Positions 15,201 to 30,200 of a stretch of DNA of 64,000 nt are shown one piece after another; position 1 is the stretch's first letter; each line of letters begins with the position of its first letter. Origin of the DNA: Thalia democratica (taxonomy: Eukaryota). The stretch covers positions 33,046,001 to 33,110,000 of the forward strand of contig OZ241830.1 in NCBI GenBank assembly GCA_965202585.1, read 5' to 3'. The notes under the pieces were generated by a model. It searched no databases. It saw only the letters and a list, made by a program, of their open reading frames with translations, and was not told the origin of the DNA. Both the position numbers and the translations under genes were made by a program.

Positions 15201-18200
15201 CAACGTCACTATTGAAAATGACGTCATACCGTCGGTGATCAACGTCGACCTCGACGAGTTGGAAGTGGTTCAGAGCGACGGCAGCTTCGAGGTTCCGGTG
15301 AGGAGGACGGAACAGAAGAAGGGAAAAGTGGTGGTCCCGTGGAAGGTGGTGCCGAAGAGCTCAGATTCCGTGTACGCCAACATTGCCGGTTAGTGAGAAT
15401 GTTCTGACAAGTTGTTTGAGAAGATTAAGACTTTTTAGATAAAAAACTATGCTTGATTAACCTTTCATTACATAGGGTAAAAATCACTTTAGTAGTATAT
15501 TTTTACTGAAAACAATTGTAAATTATTAAATAATGAGTTTTGTTTTTGTTTAAAGCACAACTTAAAGTGATCATATTACTCAAAAATTTTCAATACAAAT
15601 TTTATCTATGCTTCAAGTTGAAGAAAAAACCACGAGCTAAAATTTATTTTGATATCTCACACAGGGGAAGTCATCTTGCAAGGAGGTGAGGTAGACGGTT
15701 TGATTAAAGTTGAGCTTCCTCAGGCAGCTCTATCAAACACCGATGAAAATGTCAGTGTTATATTAGAAGAACCGCATGGAAGCCCATCTAAACTTGGACC
15801 CGACAGAAACTGCTTTGTTACCATAAGACACGATAGAGGTAAGTCTTGTTATATTTGTATAGTATGTATGCATTTAATAATTTTCATAAGTATTTATTTT
15901 CTAACATGTTTTTTTATTTAAGCATGTAGTTTTTAGGTTTGTAATTTTTTATTTAAACTGCAGGAGAAGGAATAGTCGAGATGGGATCTCCACAAGTAAC
16001 TTGTTCAAGCGAAGACGATGAAGCTCACATATCAGTAATCAGAAAAGTTGCATGCGCTTTTGCAGCTCATGTTCAATGGTCAACTACTGATGCTGACGCA
16101 GCTATACAACAACAATCTGGGTCTTTACAAGGTAGTTAATGTTTACTATATTAAGCTGCTTCTTAATACTCAATTTTTGTAAAGCTGCACATCTTTTTCT
16201 CGTTTTATTATTATATTTGTATTTTTTCTGTTATGTAACTGCATCTTTTGAAAAAAAAATCGTATTTACTTAATTTATATTTATTTATTCGATTAATGCT
16301 GATAATTGTTTTTGAATACCGAGAAACTATTGTAGGTACTCTGTCATTCAAACCCGGAGAGTCACACCAACTGATCAAGATTCCGCTATCGAACGACCCG
16401 AGTGGAAAGTCGCGTCACTTCACAGTATACCTTGATGACGTGTCAGGCCGTGACGTGATGGGCAAGAATGTCGAAACTAAAGTGACAGTTGCAAGTAAAG
16501 CAGGTTAGATTGAAAGCTGTTAAATAATAATTTTGTAAAGAATTCAATTTCTATTCCTTTATATAAACTATCGATAAATTTTTAGAATTGTTCAAAGTAT
16601 TTTTGTCATTGTTAAGTAACCTAAAAACTGTTTTAACATAATTAATATAAGTTTATACTCTAGCTTTTTTAAAGGAAAGGTACATCTTTTTAACGTTTAT
16701 CTCTTTGTCCTACAGTTCTCCCCGGTAAAGTAGATTACATTGAGGCTGAATTGAACGGACCATCAGCAATAAATGTTAGTTGGAAGAAACCTGAAGAAGG
16801 AGGTCCTGTCGACGGATACAAAATATTATACTGGGACAAACCTGAAAGTGTCAAGACTGCCGAAGTTGAAAAAGAAGTTAGTTTAAAAAAAATGTTTTTG
16901 TCAAATTCCTGTCCTTTTTTCTACTTTACTTTTACTTGAGATATAGTTAGTCGTTCAAATTTGTGTCAAGACTATTTAAGTAAAATTACTTATTTAATTT
17001 TTACTTAAATTAAACTAGATCAAAGATTTTATTATCATGGACTTAGAGCCCTTAGTAAAGTACAATGTCAAAGTCGTTCCATTTAACAACGTTGGAGATG
17101 GGCCATCATCTAAAACGGTATCAATTGAAACTCCTGGGTGTTAGTATACTTTTTAGAAAACTAAATAATACTAAGTTTGTAGTTTTAGCTAATAATGCTT
17201 ATAAACTAAGACTAATCAAATTGAATATGTCAAGTAATAGTATTGAATGTTTATTTAGAGCAGCAGATAATTTATTAAAAACTGTGCTTTACTGTTTTTA
17301 AAACTTAGAATAAAGACCTAAAAATTGAAATACTCTTGTACTTAATGTTTATTTCGCATTATAGTACCTGGTCAAGTGAGCTTCAAAGACGCAGAAATAA
17401 GCATAATTCAGAGTATTAAGAAGCTGAAGATACCTGTAAACCGAAGAAACGGTAAGAATGGTAGAATTCTTGTACCGTGGAGCATTGAAAACAGCTCAGA
17501 AGATTCTCCTTACAAGGTAGTTAGATAATTTAAACTGAACTGAAAATTAAAATTGTTTCTACTTCCCATTAAGAAGCCTACTGGTGTTATCAAGTTATTT
17601 TCAGTACAATATGCTAACTAATGCTCTGTAATTATAAAATTACTGAAAACAATATTTTTTCAGAATCTGAGCGGCCAAGAGACGTTTAAAGATGGTGAAT
17701 TAGTCAGCCATATCGAAATTGATCTGCTTACAGAACCAGTCGCTAACAACAATGAAGCTTTCACGTACGTTTATAGGATTTTTACAACTATAGTACAAAT
17801 TCTCACAAAACTGTAAAAATAAAAAAGTTCTTAAATGATATATGATCTCTACTTGTGATGAACATAAAAAATGGTTTATTAACATACAAAATGGTGACAA
17901 ATATTTTTTTTGCAGCAAGTTTTATAAATATAAAAATAAGTTTATTTATAATTTATTCTGCAGTATCACTCTCGGAGAACCTTCTGGTGGAGCAAGTTTA
18001 GGTGAAAATGTTGAATGTCGAATTACAGTTACCAACGATATTTTGCCAGGAAAAATTGATTTTGCCTCACCAACAGTATGTGCTATACAAACTGATAAGA
18101 AGCTCGAAATTAAATTGATCAGAAGCCAATACTTAGAAGGTAAAATTAAACATGAACTACTAATGACTTAAATTTAAGATTTTTTTAAACTAGAAGTCTT

Positions 18201-21200
18201 ATTATATTTTAACTTTTATACTTATATTGTAGAATTCAATTTCGACAGATAGTTTTTAGAATTTTATCAAACTTAAGCTGTTATTAATGCATAAAAATAA
18301 AATTGGTCAAGTTTTTGAATACCAACCATTTCAGGCAAAGTGAAAGTGGCTTGGAAAACAGTGTGTAGCTCGGAAGACAACCCGTTCTATGGCCTAAGCG
18401 GTGTTGAGACCTTCAAGGACAACGAGGAAGACTCCACCATCGAGATCAAGATTCCTCAGGACACCCGTGACGTCACTAAAGATCACTTTGACGTCGTTCT
18501 CGGCGAGCCAAGACCTTCTACGGCAACCGTGGACAAGAACAACAAATGTCAAGTGGTTGTGGAGAACGATTTGATACCGGCGATCGTCAGCTTGGAGAGT
18601 GATGAGCAGGAAGCGAAACAGAGCGATGGTAAGATCGAGTTGGTTGTTGCCAGGACAGAACAGTTAGGAGGGAAAGTTGTTGTTCCGTGGAAGGTGCTTC
18701 CGACAAGTTCAGACTCCGTATACGTTAACATCGGCGGTAAGTCACATTTGAAGATCTGTTTCGACCAAATAAGTGGTACTAAACTGTTTCACTGCAAAAA
18801 TCTATTAAAAATTATAAAATTTATATTTTGCAATTTTTTTATAATTCTTAACTTATTTGGTTAACAAAGTTAACATATTAACCGAAAACTTAAATAATAG
18901 TAATTTTAGTAACTTTATTTGAAGTATCAAATACAATGCTTCATTAAAAAAGAGCTGAATTAGAAAATTAAAAAGAAATAATTAAGGTGAGGTAAAACTT
19001 GACGACGGTGACAAAGATGGAAAGATCAAAATCGACCTGCCCCAGCTTCCACTCTCAAATACTGAGGAAAAGGTCACAGTTGCTTTGGAAGAACCCCACG
19101 GTAGCCCTGCTAAATTGGGGTCAGACAGAAGTTGCCTAGTAACCATCAGGCACGACAGGGGAGAAGGAATAATCGAGATGGGTTCTCCTCAAGTAACTTG
19201 TTCGAGCGAAGACGATGAAGCTCACATATCAGTGATCAGAAAAATTGCATGCGCTTTTGCAGCTCAAGTTCAATGGTCAGCTACTGATGGTGACGCTGAA
19301 TTTGGGAAACATTACAATCTAAAAGAAGGTAAATAAAAGATAATTTCAAAGTGTAAGATCATACGTCCATTTTTTTTTCTTAAGCCACTTTTTTCTATAT
19401 TATTAAATGTCTTAAATGTTTTTAAAAACCATTCATCAAAGTTCATGAATGTTTCAAAAGTAAACTGTTAAAATACTTTTAGTACATAACGCTCAACTAT
19501 CTTTTTTAGGATCACTAAGATTCAAACCAGGCGAGGCGGAAAGTGTGATAAAGATACCTCTTTTGAATGATCCAACTGGAAAAGACAGGAAGTTCTCAGT
19601 GAAGCTCGCAGACGTAAAAGGACGAGACAAAATGGGAGAAATTACATCTTCTATTGTTAACGTTGCAAATAAAGCTTGTAAGTTTTAAATGCTACTAATA
19701 ATTAAAAAAAACTTTTAATTAAAATATAGTAAAAAGTATACTAAAGGGCTTTGTAACTTGTTAAAAGTTATTACTTGTAAAGAAAGTATTTGAAATTTAA
19801 TATTTTACTGCGTTTAATCAACGTATAAATTAACAGTTGAACCATTGAAGTTTGTTAGAAACTTTATGTTTAACAACATTTTTTTGTAAAACAAAAACAT
19901 ATACTCAGTTTTCAAATTTACAAACATCTGTGCAGTGCTACCAGGAAGATTAACAGTACTGGAGGCAGCATTGGACGGACCATCATCTATCCACGTGAGC
20001 TGGCAGGAACCATCGGAAGGAGGTCCAATTGAAGGATACAATATTTGCTACTGGAGCAGCCCGGATAACGTCACTGACATCCCTGTTGATAATGACGTAA
20101 GTGCTGATTTTTATACTTGTTGTGAGGTTTTGGTTAATAGTAATACTAACTACACTTTCTAAGCAGCTTATATTTTAATACATAGTTGCAACATATGCAG
20201 ATGAAAGTTACTATACTTTAAACTAAAGCGCTTTGATTTCTTTCTTTTTAAAATGTTTTAAAAAATTAAGACTTGAGTTTTATTTTTTATCTATTTATAT
20301 TATAGACAAATAAGGGTAGTAGTAAAGTAAAATAACTTATTTTAATCTCATAAAGCCCAGTATATTAATAGCGATATAGTATACTGTTGAATATTTTTTG
20401 CATTGAATTATGCAAAAATTGCTTCATAAAATTGAACAAAAAAGTTATGCTTAACAGTATTTAACTTTTTATGTCGATACAACCAATATATTATAACTTC
20501 ATACTGTAATAAACGTTTATTAATTAAATTATACAGGTAAATGAAGTTATAATAGAGCATCTTGATCCATTAACTCAGTACAATATTAAAGTTGTTCCAT
20601 TCAATAGTGTTGGAGACGGACCATCTTCAAAAACTGTTTCAATTGAAACTCCTGGAAGTTAGTTTGATATTTAAATAAGAAAACAAGTATTTTAAAATGT
20701 GTTTATATCATGTTTATTTGAAGCATTAAATAAAAGTTCTAAAATATTAAAAAACCTGTTTATTATTTCAGACATAAATCGCTTAATTTTGTTTTTAAGA
20801 AACTAATATAAAAAACCAATAATTAGATAAAATAGCAAACTTTTATGATTTCAAACAAATGTACTAAAATTAAAACCGATTTTTAAAATCTTCATATTTC
20901 TAACAGTACCGGGAGAAGTTTTGTTTGAAGAAAACGACAAATCCGTAGATCAAAGCTCAAAGAACCTTGTACTCAAGTTGGTCAGAGAAAACGGCAAAAA
21001 CGGAAGAATTGTCGTTCCGTGGTCCATATTCTCATGCCCAGACAATTCTCCTTACAAAGTATGATTTATGCTCGTCCAAAAACTGATTGTTTTTAGGTAC
21101 AATTTTTTAATAACTAATATTTTCAGGGTCTTCACGGACAAGAAACGTTTAAAGACGGTGAAACAGAAAGTCATATTGAAATTGAGTTGCCAGAAGAACC

Positions 21201-24200
21201 TCAGAGTTCTGTTGATGAAAATTTCGTGTAAGTAATCTGCTGTTAAGTTTTGTAACTGATATATAAATATAAGCTTGATATACATTAATGTTAAAAATAA
21301 AACAATTATTTTCCAAGTTTATTGCCATATGGTTACTATAGGTGTAACTTTTAATAATCCTTGGTATAGTACTTTCGTATATATTTACTATCTAAAAAAA
21401 AATCTTTAGCGTAACTTTGGGTCAACCTTCTGGTGGAGCAAGTTTAGGTGAAAATGTTGAATGTCGAATTACAGTTACCAACGATATTTTGCCGGGAAAA
21501 ATTGATTTCGCTTCACCGACAGTATCTGCTAAACAAACTGATGAAGAAATTGTTGTTAAGATATTAAGAAGCCATTACACTGAAGGTAACTTAAAAATTA
21601 TATTTGGACGACTTATTAGTTTGAGTATATATTGTTCTTTCTGAAATTATTTTAGATATAACAGTTTTGAAATGAAAATGTACCAAAAGCTTAATTACGT
21701 ACAATTAAACATTGAGAGATTTCGTTTCAACAAATAATAAAATTACAGACAAAGCAAAGGTCGGATGGAAGACGGCCTGCAAAGACCCATCCTCTCCATT
21801 CGCCAACCTCAGCGGAGTGGAAACGTTTGAGAAGGGAGACGAAAAATCCCACATCGAGATCAAAATCCCGCAGGACGCCAGGGGTGTGACCAGGGACTTT
21901 TTCGAAATATTCCTGGACGAACCCACGCCATCTACTAACATTTTGGGCAAAAACAAGAAGTGCCGTGTCACAGTAAGCAATGACGTTATTCCAGCAGTGG
22001 TCGTTTGTGAGGAGAAGGAGATGGAGGTGAAGCAGAGCGAGGAGAAAGTGAAGATTCCTGTAAGGAGAAAGGAGCAGAGCAAGGGAAAAGTGGTGGTTCC
22101 GTGGAAGGTGCTGCCGGAGAGCTCCGATTCCGTTTACATGAACATAAACGGTGTGTTCATAAAATAGAAAAATTTAGAATTAAGAATTAATTTATTTATT
22201 TTAAGTATTGCTGACTATGTATAAAGTATTTTAAATTTTACTTTAATTTCAAACAAGTAGTACAACCAGTTTATTTTACAAAACTGTATTATATGAAAAA
22301 AGTTTATGAATTTACAATCAATTACTAACTTTCAATATATCAACAGGAACTGTCAAGTTTGACGATGGCGAGGAAAAAGCCGACATCGAGTTGGTTCTTC
22401 CTCAATTCCCATTGACAGAGTTGGAAGAACAAGTAACATTAGCTTTGGACGAGCCAACAGGAGCTCCGGCTAAACTGGGATCCGAAAGAAGCTGCTTGAT
22501 AACTGTCAAACACGACAAAGGTACAAAAAGTATTTCTTAGAAGCAAAAAAAAGAAGTGTTGCACAAGTTTAAAAAGCATGACTTACGTAAAATAACTTTT
22601 TTGTAAAGAATTTTTTGCAATTAAACGCCTTAAAACAGTTACAACTTTTTAAAAGGCTAGTCCTAATATTATGATACTTTAGGTCAAGGAATTGTCGAGA
22701 TGGGATCTCCTCAAGTAACTTGTTCAAGCGAAGACGATGAAGCTCATATTTCAGTGATCAGAAAAATTGCATGCGCTTTTGCAGCTCAAGTTCATTGGTC
22801 AGCTGCTGATGGTGACGCTGAATTTGGAAAACATTACAATCTTAAAGAAGGTAAAATCACCGTTCACAGCTTTTTAATTTTATTTACTTGAAACAGTTTA
22901 AAAAATCACTTTTGAAGTACAAGTGTAAAACCAGCTCATTTTGCAGGTGTGATAAAGTTCAAACCTAGAGAGTCTCAGACCTTCATTAAAATTCCGCTCT
23001 TGAACGATCCAAGCGGAAAGAACCGTCATTTTAACATCAGCCTTGGTAAGGTAGAAGGTAGAGATACACTTGGTAAACTGACAACGAGTAAAGTGATCGT
23101 TGCTAACAAAGCCAGTAAGTTTTTGTACATTTATAACACCTCTGTTCTTTTTAGTTATATTTTTTGTATAACATGTAGCAATTACCTATGAATAAAAGCT
23201 TTTACTATGGCCTTATTTATTATAGAGGTATAAATGAAATTGGTTTAATCACTTTTTTACGTAGCTAATTGAATTCCTATACTACATAAAATATTAACAA
23301 ACCACATCTTGTAGTAAAACAGCTTGTTTATTTGCGTATACTATATAACTAAAGTAGAATTTCAAGTTTCACAATTACAAATTCAAAGCGAACTTCTTTT
23401 ACAGTGCTACCCGGCAAGCTGAAGGGTATTGAAGCTGAGCTTGAAGGACCGTCTTCTGTGCACGTCAGCTGGGAAGGACCGGATAAGAATGAAGGAGGAC
23501 CAATTAAGGGGTACAAGATCATGTACTGGGACAAACCAGAGTCAACTGAAACCATACCTGTTGGAAGCGATGTTAGTTTGAATTTATCATTTTTCTTAAT
23601 TCAAATTAAGTCAACTAGTTTTGTGTTTTAAACGTATAGCTATTTCACTACTATTTTGTGTTAATCCTTTCCAATACCAATTTAAAAAACAATAATTAAA
23701 AATTATTCCACATTGTTTATAGCAAACTTTTTTCAGATTTGTGACGCAATAATTGAAAATTTGGACCCAATTACTCGCTACCACATTCGCTTGGTACCTT
23801 TTAACGATGTTGGTGAGGGAGTTCCGAGCAAAATTGTTTCAATCAAAACTCCTGGAGGTAAAAACTTACTAAAATTTTAACACTTTTATTTAATACGTTC
23901 CAATAACCAGTATAAAATCTTTAAAATCTAAGAAAGTTAAGTGAACAGAAATATTTTTCTAACTATTTTTTTTTAATTTAGTACCTGGTGAGTTTGTGTT
24001 TGCCGAAAAAGATATGGAAGTTAAACAATCAGACAACCACGTGACAGTCAAATTGTTACGTCATAGTGGCAATAACGGAAGAGTTGTTGTGCCATGGTCG
24101 GTTAGCTCTTGTAGCAGAAATTCCATCTACGAGGTAACTTAGATATTTTTTTAACAACTCTGTAAGCTTTAAAATATTATTTTATTCTGAGAACCTTTTA

Positions 24201-27200
24201 TTTTTTCATATTATTTCAAGAATGTTTTACGTATTGTATGTAAGTTATATACTCTTAATAAATATTAACTAATTTTATAAATTAACTTCAATAAAATATT
24301 TTATTTTGAAGAAAAATACAAAATTTAAATTTTCGCTTAGTAATAATTATGCATAATTAATATAGGACTTGAGCGGTCAAGAAACATTTAGAGACGGCGA
24401 GCTTGAAAGCCACATTGAAATCGAACTTCCAGAAGAACCGCAGGACAGTACTCAAGAGATGTTTGTGTAAGTAAAACAAGTTTCAATACGTTTCAAATGT
24501 ATTTACACGATTATTATTGTTTGAACAAGTATTGAGCAACTAGTTTGTTGAAAAGTTAAGATTTAAAAAATAATTTATAATTCAATACATTAGGTTGACT
24601 CTCGGAGAACCTTCTGGTGGAGCAAGTTTGGGTGAAAATGTTGAATGTCGAATCACAGTTACCAACGACATTTTGCCGGGAAAAATTGATTTTGCTTCAC
24701 CGACAGTATCAGCTAAACAAACTGATGAAGAAATTGTTATCCAACTAGTCAGAAGTCAGCTTCTTGCAGGTAAGAAATAGTTTTATAACTACCATTTTAA
24801 AATTAATTGTTTGCTTTTCAACAACTACGTTTAAAAAATAAAACTGAAAGTTTTCTTTGAAGTTGTTAGTAAACTAAAAATGTTTGTATGGCTTTTAAAC
24901 TGTGTTTTGCATAAACTATCAAATATGTAGACGTATTGTATGTAACTATACTTAAAAAAAGTTTTGTTAATCTAATACTTTTATTGACAAATATTTCTTA
25001 AAATAAACTAAACTTTTTTAGTTAAATAGTTTTATTTTTATCAGGAAAAGTAAAAGTGCCGTGGAAAGTGAAATGCAGAGACCCGAAATCTCCGTACGCT
25101 AACCTTTCAGGGGTGGAAACTTTCTCGGACGGGGAAGAAACCTCACACATTCACATCACCGTTCCCCAGGAACCCCGTGACGTCACAAAAGACAAGTTCG
25201 ACGTCATACTCGAGGAACCAAGGCCTCCCGTTGCTATGGTTGCTAGGAGCAACAGGTTTGGAGTTTTTGTAAACTTTGCACAAGCTTTTAATCAGTCTGC
25301 CAATGTCTTGCAGATTTAAATGAATATCATTTATGTTAAGACCAAATATATTTTATAGCGACAGTAATCTTTATATATTTTACAAATTATTGATAAGAAG
25401 GAGGTTATTGTCTAAAATATTTAGATAGCTCACCAAGTATTCTTTTATAGTTTATTAAAATTACAACTAATAACAGGTGCTCAGTGACTGTAACCAATGA
25501 CGTCATTCCTTCCGTTATCAACCTGATGGTGGACGAGGCTTCAGCCGATCAGAGCCAAGGAAAGATTGAACTTCCAATCAGGAGAAGCGAACAATTGAAG
25601 GGAAAAGTCGTGGTCCCGTGGAAGGTTCTTCCGGGAAGCTCAGATTCCGTTTACACCAACCTCACTGGTCAGTTTGAAGTATTAGAATATTTAAGTATCG
25701 GAGTGTTTAATATTTTTAAACTTCTTAGGTAGTTTTTGTTTTGTCATTTAAGCAAGCATGAATTAGCCTAGTTTCACTAAGTGATAATATCTTATGTCTT
25801 AAAGCTAAAATTAATGACTAATATTGAATAAAACTAATTTGTTTAATCGTTTTTATATATTTAACAAGTTTGTATAATCAATAAATAACAACACAACAGG
25901 CGATGTCGTGTTAGACGACGGTGAAGGCGATGGATCAATTGAGATAAATCTACCTCAGCTGCCGATGAGTGAGAAGAGCGAAATTGTGAGTGTTGTGTTG
26001 GACGAACCTTACGGAACTCCATCCAAGCTGGGAATGGCAAGAAGCTGCCTGCTCACTGTTAATCACGATCGTGGTACGTTTAAGAACGAGAATGGGTAAA
26101 ACAGTTTTGTTGTTAAATAAAAATTTTCTGGCCAAAATTGAAACGAAAGTAGTAAACAACGATAAATCAAAGCTCCAAAACATTTTTAAAAGCTATTCTC
26201 GGTATAATATTTTAATAAGAGTTAAAGTAACGTGTATTCATCACAACGTTACAAAGTTAATATTTAATACAACATTTTTTTTTTTGAAATTAGATGAATT
26301 AGGTAGTAAATTATTTTCCATTATTTGTTTGCAAACAATCAACTCTGTAAATAGGTGAGGGAGTGTTCGAGGTACAATCGGAGCAAGTGACGTGTCCGAG
26401 CGAGGAAGGAGAAGCTGTCGTGGTGGTATTGAGAAAATCAGGATCCTCCTTCCCAGCTCAAGTCACGTGGGTTGCTGAGGATGGCGATGCCGTGTTCAAA
26501 CAGCACTACAATGAAAACAATGGTAACTTATAAATATGTACTACTAAAACATAATTTTTACTACTTTTTAGGTAAACAAGCTTTAGAAAAAAAAAACAAT
26601 TGAACTGATACTGTTGTTTTTATATTAGTTACCTATAAAAGACATTTTTCTAAAATGTTTTTAAACAATAGTTAGTTTATAAGTCTAAATCAGCTGTTGT
26701 CTAGTACGTTTTAACTTTATTTTTATCTAGTTTTCAAATAACTTTATACTTATGCTGTGAACCTTAATAACTTCACAGGAACATTGAAGTTCAGAGCAGG
26801 AGAGTCGAGGAGGATCATCAAGATACCTCTGTTGAACGATCCGAGTGGAAAGAATAGATACTTCAATGTGAAGCTTGCAGGTTGCGAGGGCAGAGACGTC
26901 ATCGGTGATAAATCCACTTCTAAGGTCATCGTGGCCAACAAAGCTGGTTTGTTTCTTTTCAGTTTATGACTTTTTTTTTTTCCTTTTGCAAAAAGAAAAA
27001 ATCAGGTTAGAGCTTTTTTTTCGCTGTCGTTTGTCAAAAACTTGATCCTATAAACCATATTAACAAAACATAACTAGCCTATACAAAATTTACAGTACTT
27101 CCCGGCAAAGTCAACAAGTTCGACGCTGCCCTGGCTTCACTGTCATCCGTCCACTTGAAATGGGACGCCCCCGAGAAAGGCGGTCCGGTCGGCGGTTACA

Positions 27201-30200
27201 ACGTCATGTACTGGCTCGATTCTGATGATGTACAGAACTTCAAAGTCAACAAGAACGTTAGTTGATGCTTGTTTTTATAAAGTTAGTAGTTTAAAGTGAA
27301 TCTCGTTAACAGTCAAACAAAATAAAAATGTTGTACAGAAAATAAGTAATGAGCGCAGTACGTACAAGTAATTTTTTATTGCAGAATTGTTTGTAAAACT
27401 ACGTCAAACCTTACAATTGATTTAAAGCGAAAGTTAATCTTTAAAAACAATTATTCAGCAAAAAATACTTGTTTATTTAACTCAATAAAAATTTTAATTT
27501 ACAAAAAGTTCATTTACGTTAGGTGAAAGAAGCAATGATCGAAGATTTGGAGCCACTCAAGAAGTACAAATTCAAAGTGCAGGCTTACAATGATGTAGGA
27601 GACGGTATTGCTTCAAAAGTAATCGACATCAAAACACCTGCTGGTAAATTGTTTTTTAATATAAACCAATATTTTATACATCAATCAAAATATGATAAAA
27701 AACTGTTTTATGTTTTCAACTAGAATACTTTCATAGTAGTATTTTATTGAAATTTTTTACAGCAAAAGGTTCGATAAAAACATGTTTTAATTTAAAATTT
27801 TGCTCATTTGTTTCTTAAACAATCATTTGTTTACAGTACCGGGACAAGTGATGTTTAAGAACAACGTGGAAGGAACCAATCAGAGTGATGAAAGACTGAA
27901 GATAAAACTTGTGAGAAAATCAGGACTAAACGGTCGCATTATAGTGCCATGGTCCGTCACATCTGCTGATGATGATTCCATATATAAGGTATCAAATTAA
28001 TTTGTAGTTTTGCTCAAATTTTTAAACAAAAACTGTTGTGTTTTTGATGTTTTCGAAAATAAACTGCATACTAATTTACATATCTTTTAAATTGGTGAAG
28101 TAATTTGGTTTACATTTTCTTTTTCATATACGTAAAATACAAACAGGACTTGCACGGTAATGAGACGTTTAAAGACGAGGAAGATGACAGCCACATTGAA
28201 ATTGATCTGCCGAAACTGCCACAACTGAAAGGAAAAGAACATTTCACGTTAGTACCAACTTAAATACATTATAAACAAGATTTATTTGCTTAACAATTTT
28301 GCTTGTACAGAATCAGTCTTGGTGAGCCTTCGGGTGGAGCTAGTTTGGGTGAAAATGTCGAATGCCGAGTAACAGTGACAAATGACATTCTGCTCGGAAG
28401 AATTTACTTCGAAGACAACACTATGAAGGTTCAACAGACGAAGGAAGAAATAAAAATACAGTTGAACAGAAATCAGTTCACTAAAGGTATTTAAAGTTAA
28501 CTTAGTGAATTTGAAAATTTTGTAAACAAACGTGTTTTCAAGTTTAAAATACCTTGTGCTCTATATTAGTCTGATTTAGTTAACATTAAAATAACTGGTA
28601 TTATAAGTTAAATTAAGATTAAAATAATTTAAATTCAAACAAGCTAAAGACAATACCTTTTAAACGTTTAGTAAAGCAAGCATAGTATGTTTTCACAAAG
28701 AGTTTTTATATTATACTTTCCATCCAGACAAAGTGAAAGTGGGATGGAGGACTGTCTGCAAAGACTCCAGCTCCCCGTTCGCCGACCTCAGCGGAGTTGA
28801 GACCTTTGAAAAGGGTGAAGAGGAATCCAACATCGAGATCAAGATCCCTCAAGATCCACGCGACGTGCAATACGACATGTTCGACGTCATACTGGAAGAT
28901 TGTAAGCCTATGACGTCACAGGTGGACAAAAACAACAAGTGTTTGGTCACCATTGAGAATGACGTCATACCGGCGGTGGTGAACCTTGAGGTTAGTGAGT
29001 TGAAGGTGGTGCAATCAGATAAGGAGGTTGAGCTGCCTATAAGTAGAAACGACCAGCTCAAGGGAGAAATTGTGGTGCCGTGGAAGGTGCTGCCGAAGAG
29101 CGCGGACTCGATCTACGCCAACATTTACGGTTTGTGATATAGTTGTTTTGTTGTTAACCAAATAAGTTTTGTTGTTTACAACTGATAAGCTGTAAGTATA
29201 CCTTTTGCATTTTCAAATGACCAATACAATATAAAACGAGAGCACAAAACTAAAATAAGAACATGTTAACTTAAGTAATAAAACACTTCTCTAAAACAGG
29301 TGAAACCAAGTTTGTTGATGGTCAGAGCGAAGAAGTTATCAACTTGAAACTTCCACAATTCCCTCTTCTCAACAAGAACGAAGTGGTATCAGTTGTCATA
29401 GAAACCCCATCCGGCTCATTGGCCCAACTCGGACAGAGAAGAAGCTGCTTGATGGATATCAGACACGATAAAGGTGAAATCTTAAACTTAAACCCAAATA
29501 AAAAACTACGTCTTAACATATTTACTTTATTTAACTATTAAACATTTCCAACTAACAAGCTATTGCTAATTTAAACACAACGGAGTAATAACGTAGAAAA
29601 ACAAATTTTAATAAGCAAAGTTTTTGAATAAATATTTTTCGACTGACGCACAAATTGTATGCTAATTAACAAAGAAAGGGAAACTTAATTACCTCAGTAA
29701 AGCAACAAATATAAACTTTTTACTAAAAACAACTTATGACGTCACAGGCGAGGGAACGATCGAGATGCTGACGGATCAGGTCACGTGTTCGCCACAAGAT
29801 GGAGACGAACAGGTGCAGATCGGAGTGGTGAGAAAATCGGCTTCCGCGTTTGCAACCGACGTTTACTGGTCGGCTCACGACGGTGATGCGGTGCACGGTA
29901 AACACTACAACAACAAGAAAGGTAAGTTGTTTGTTATAGAAGAGGGGGGTTAGTTAATACTTTCTAACTGTATCAATAATAAAAATAGATACGTAAACTA
30001 GGGTTGATGAATTATTTGTAAATGCAAAAAATATAAAAACAAAAGTTTTAAGTCTTTACTCTTTGTGTATTGACTGGGGTTGTAAGCATAAAGGGTAGCT
30101 TGAGAATTGTGAAAATCATTAGCATAATTTGGCAAATCATTTGCATATTTGCTGAGTCATCAACTTTTTTAAAGCTTTTTTAATTTATATCCTTATACCT

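Noticed and set aside
16090-16131. Atypical 3' end of exon H4 (DADAAIQQQSGSLQ, lacking the G.HY motif) as a frameshift
   Set aside because: Exon length (168) and phase are unchanged, so this is best read as local divergence.
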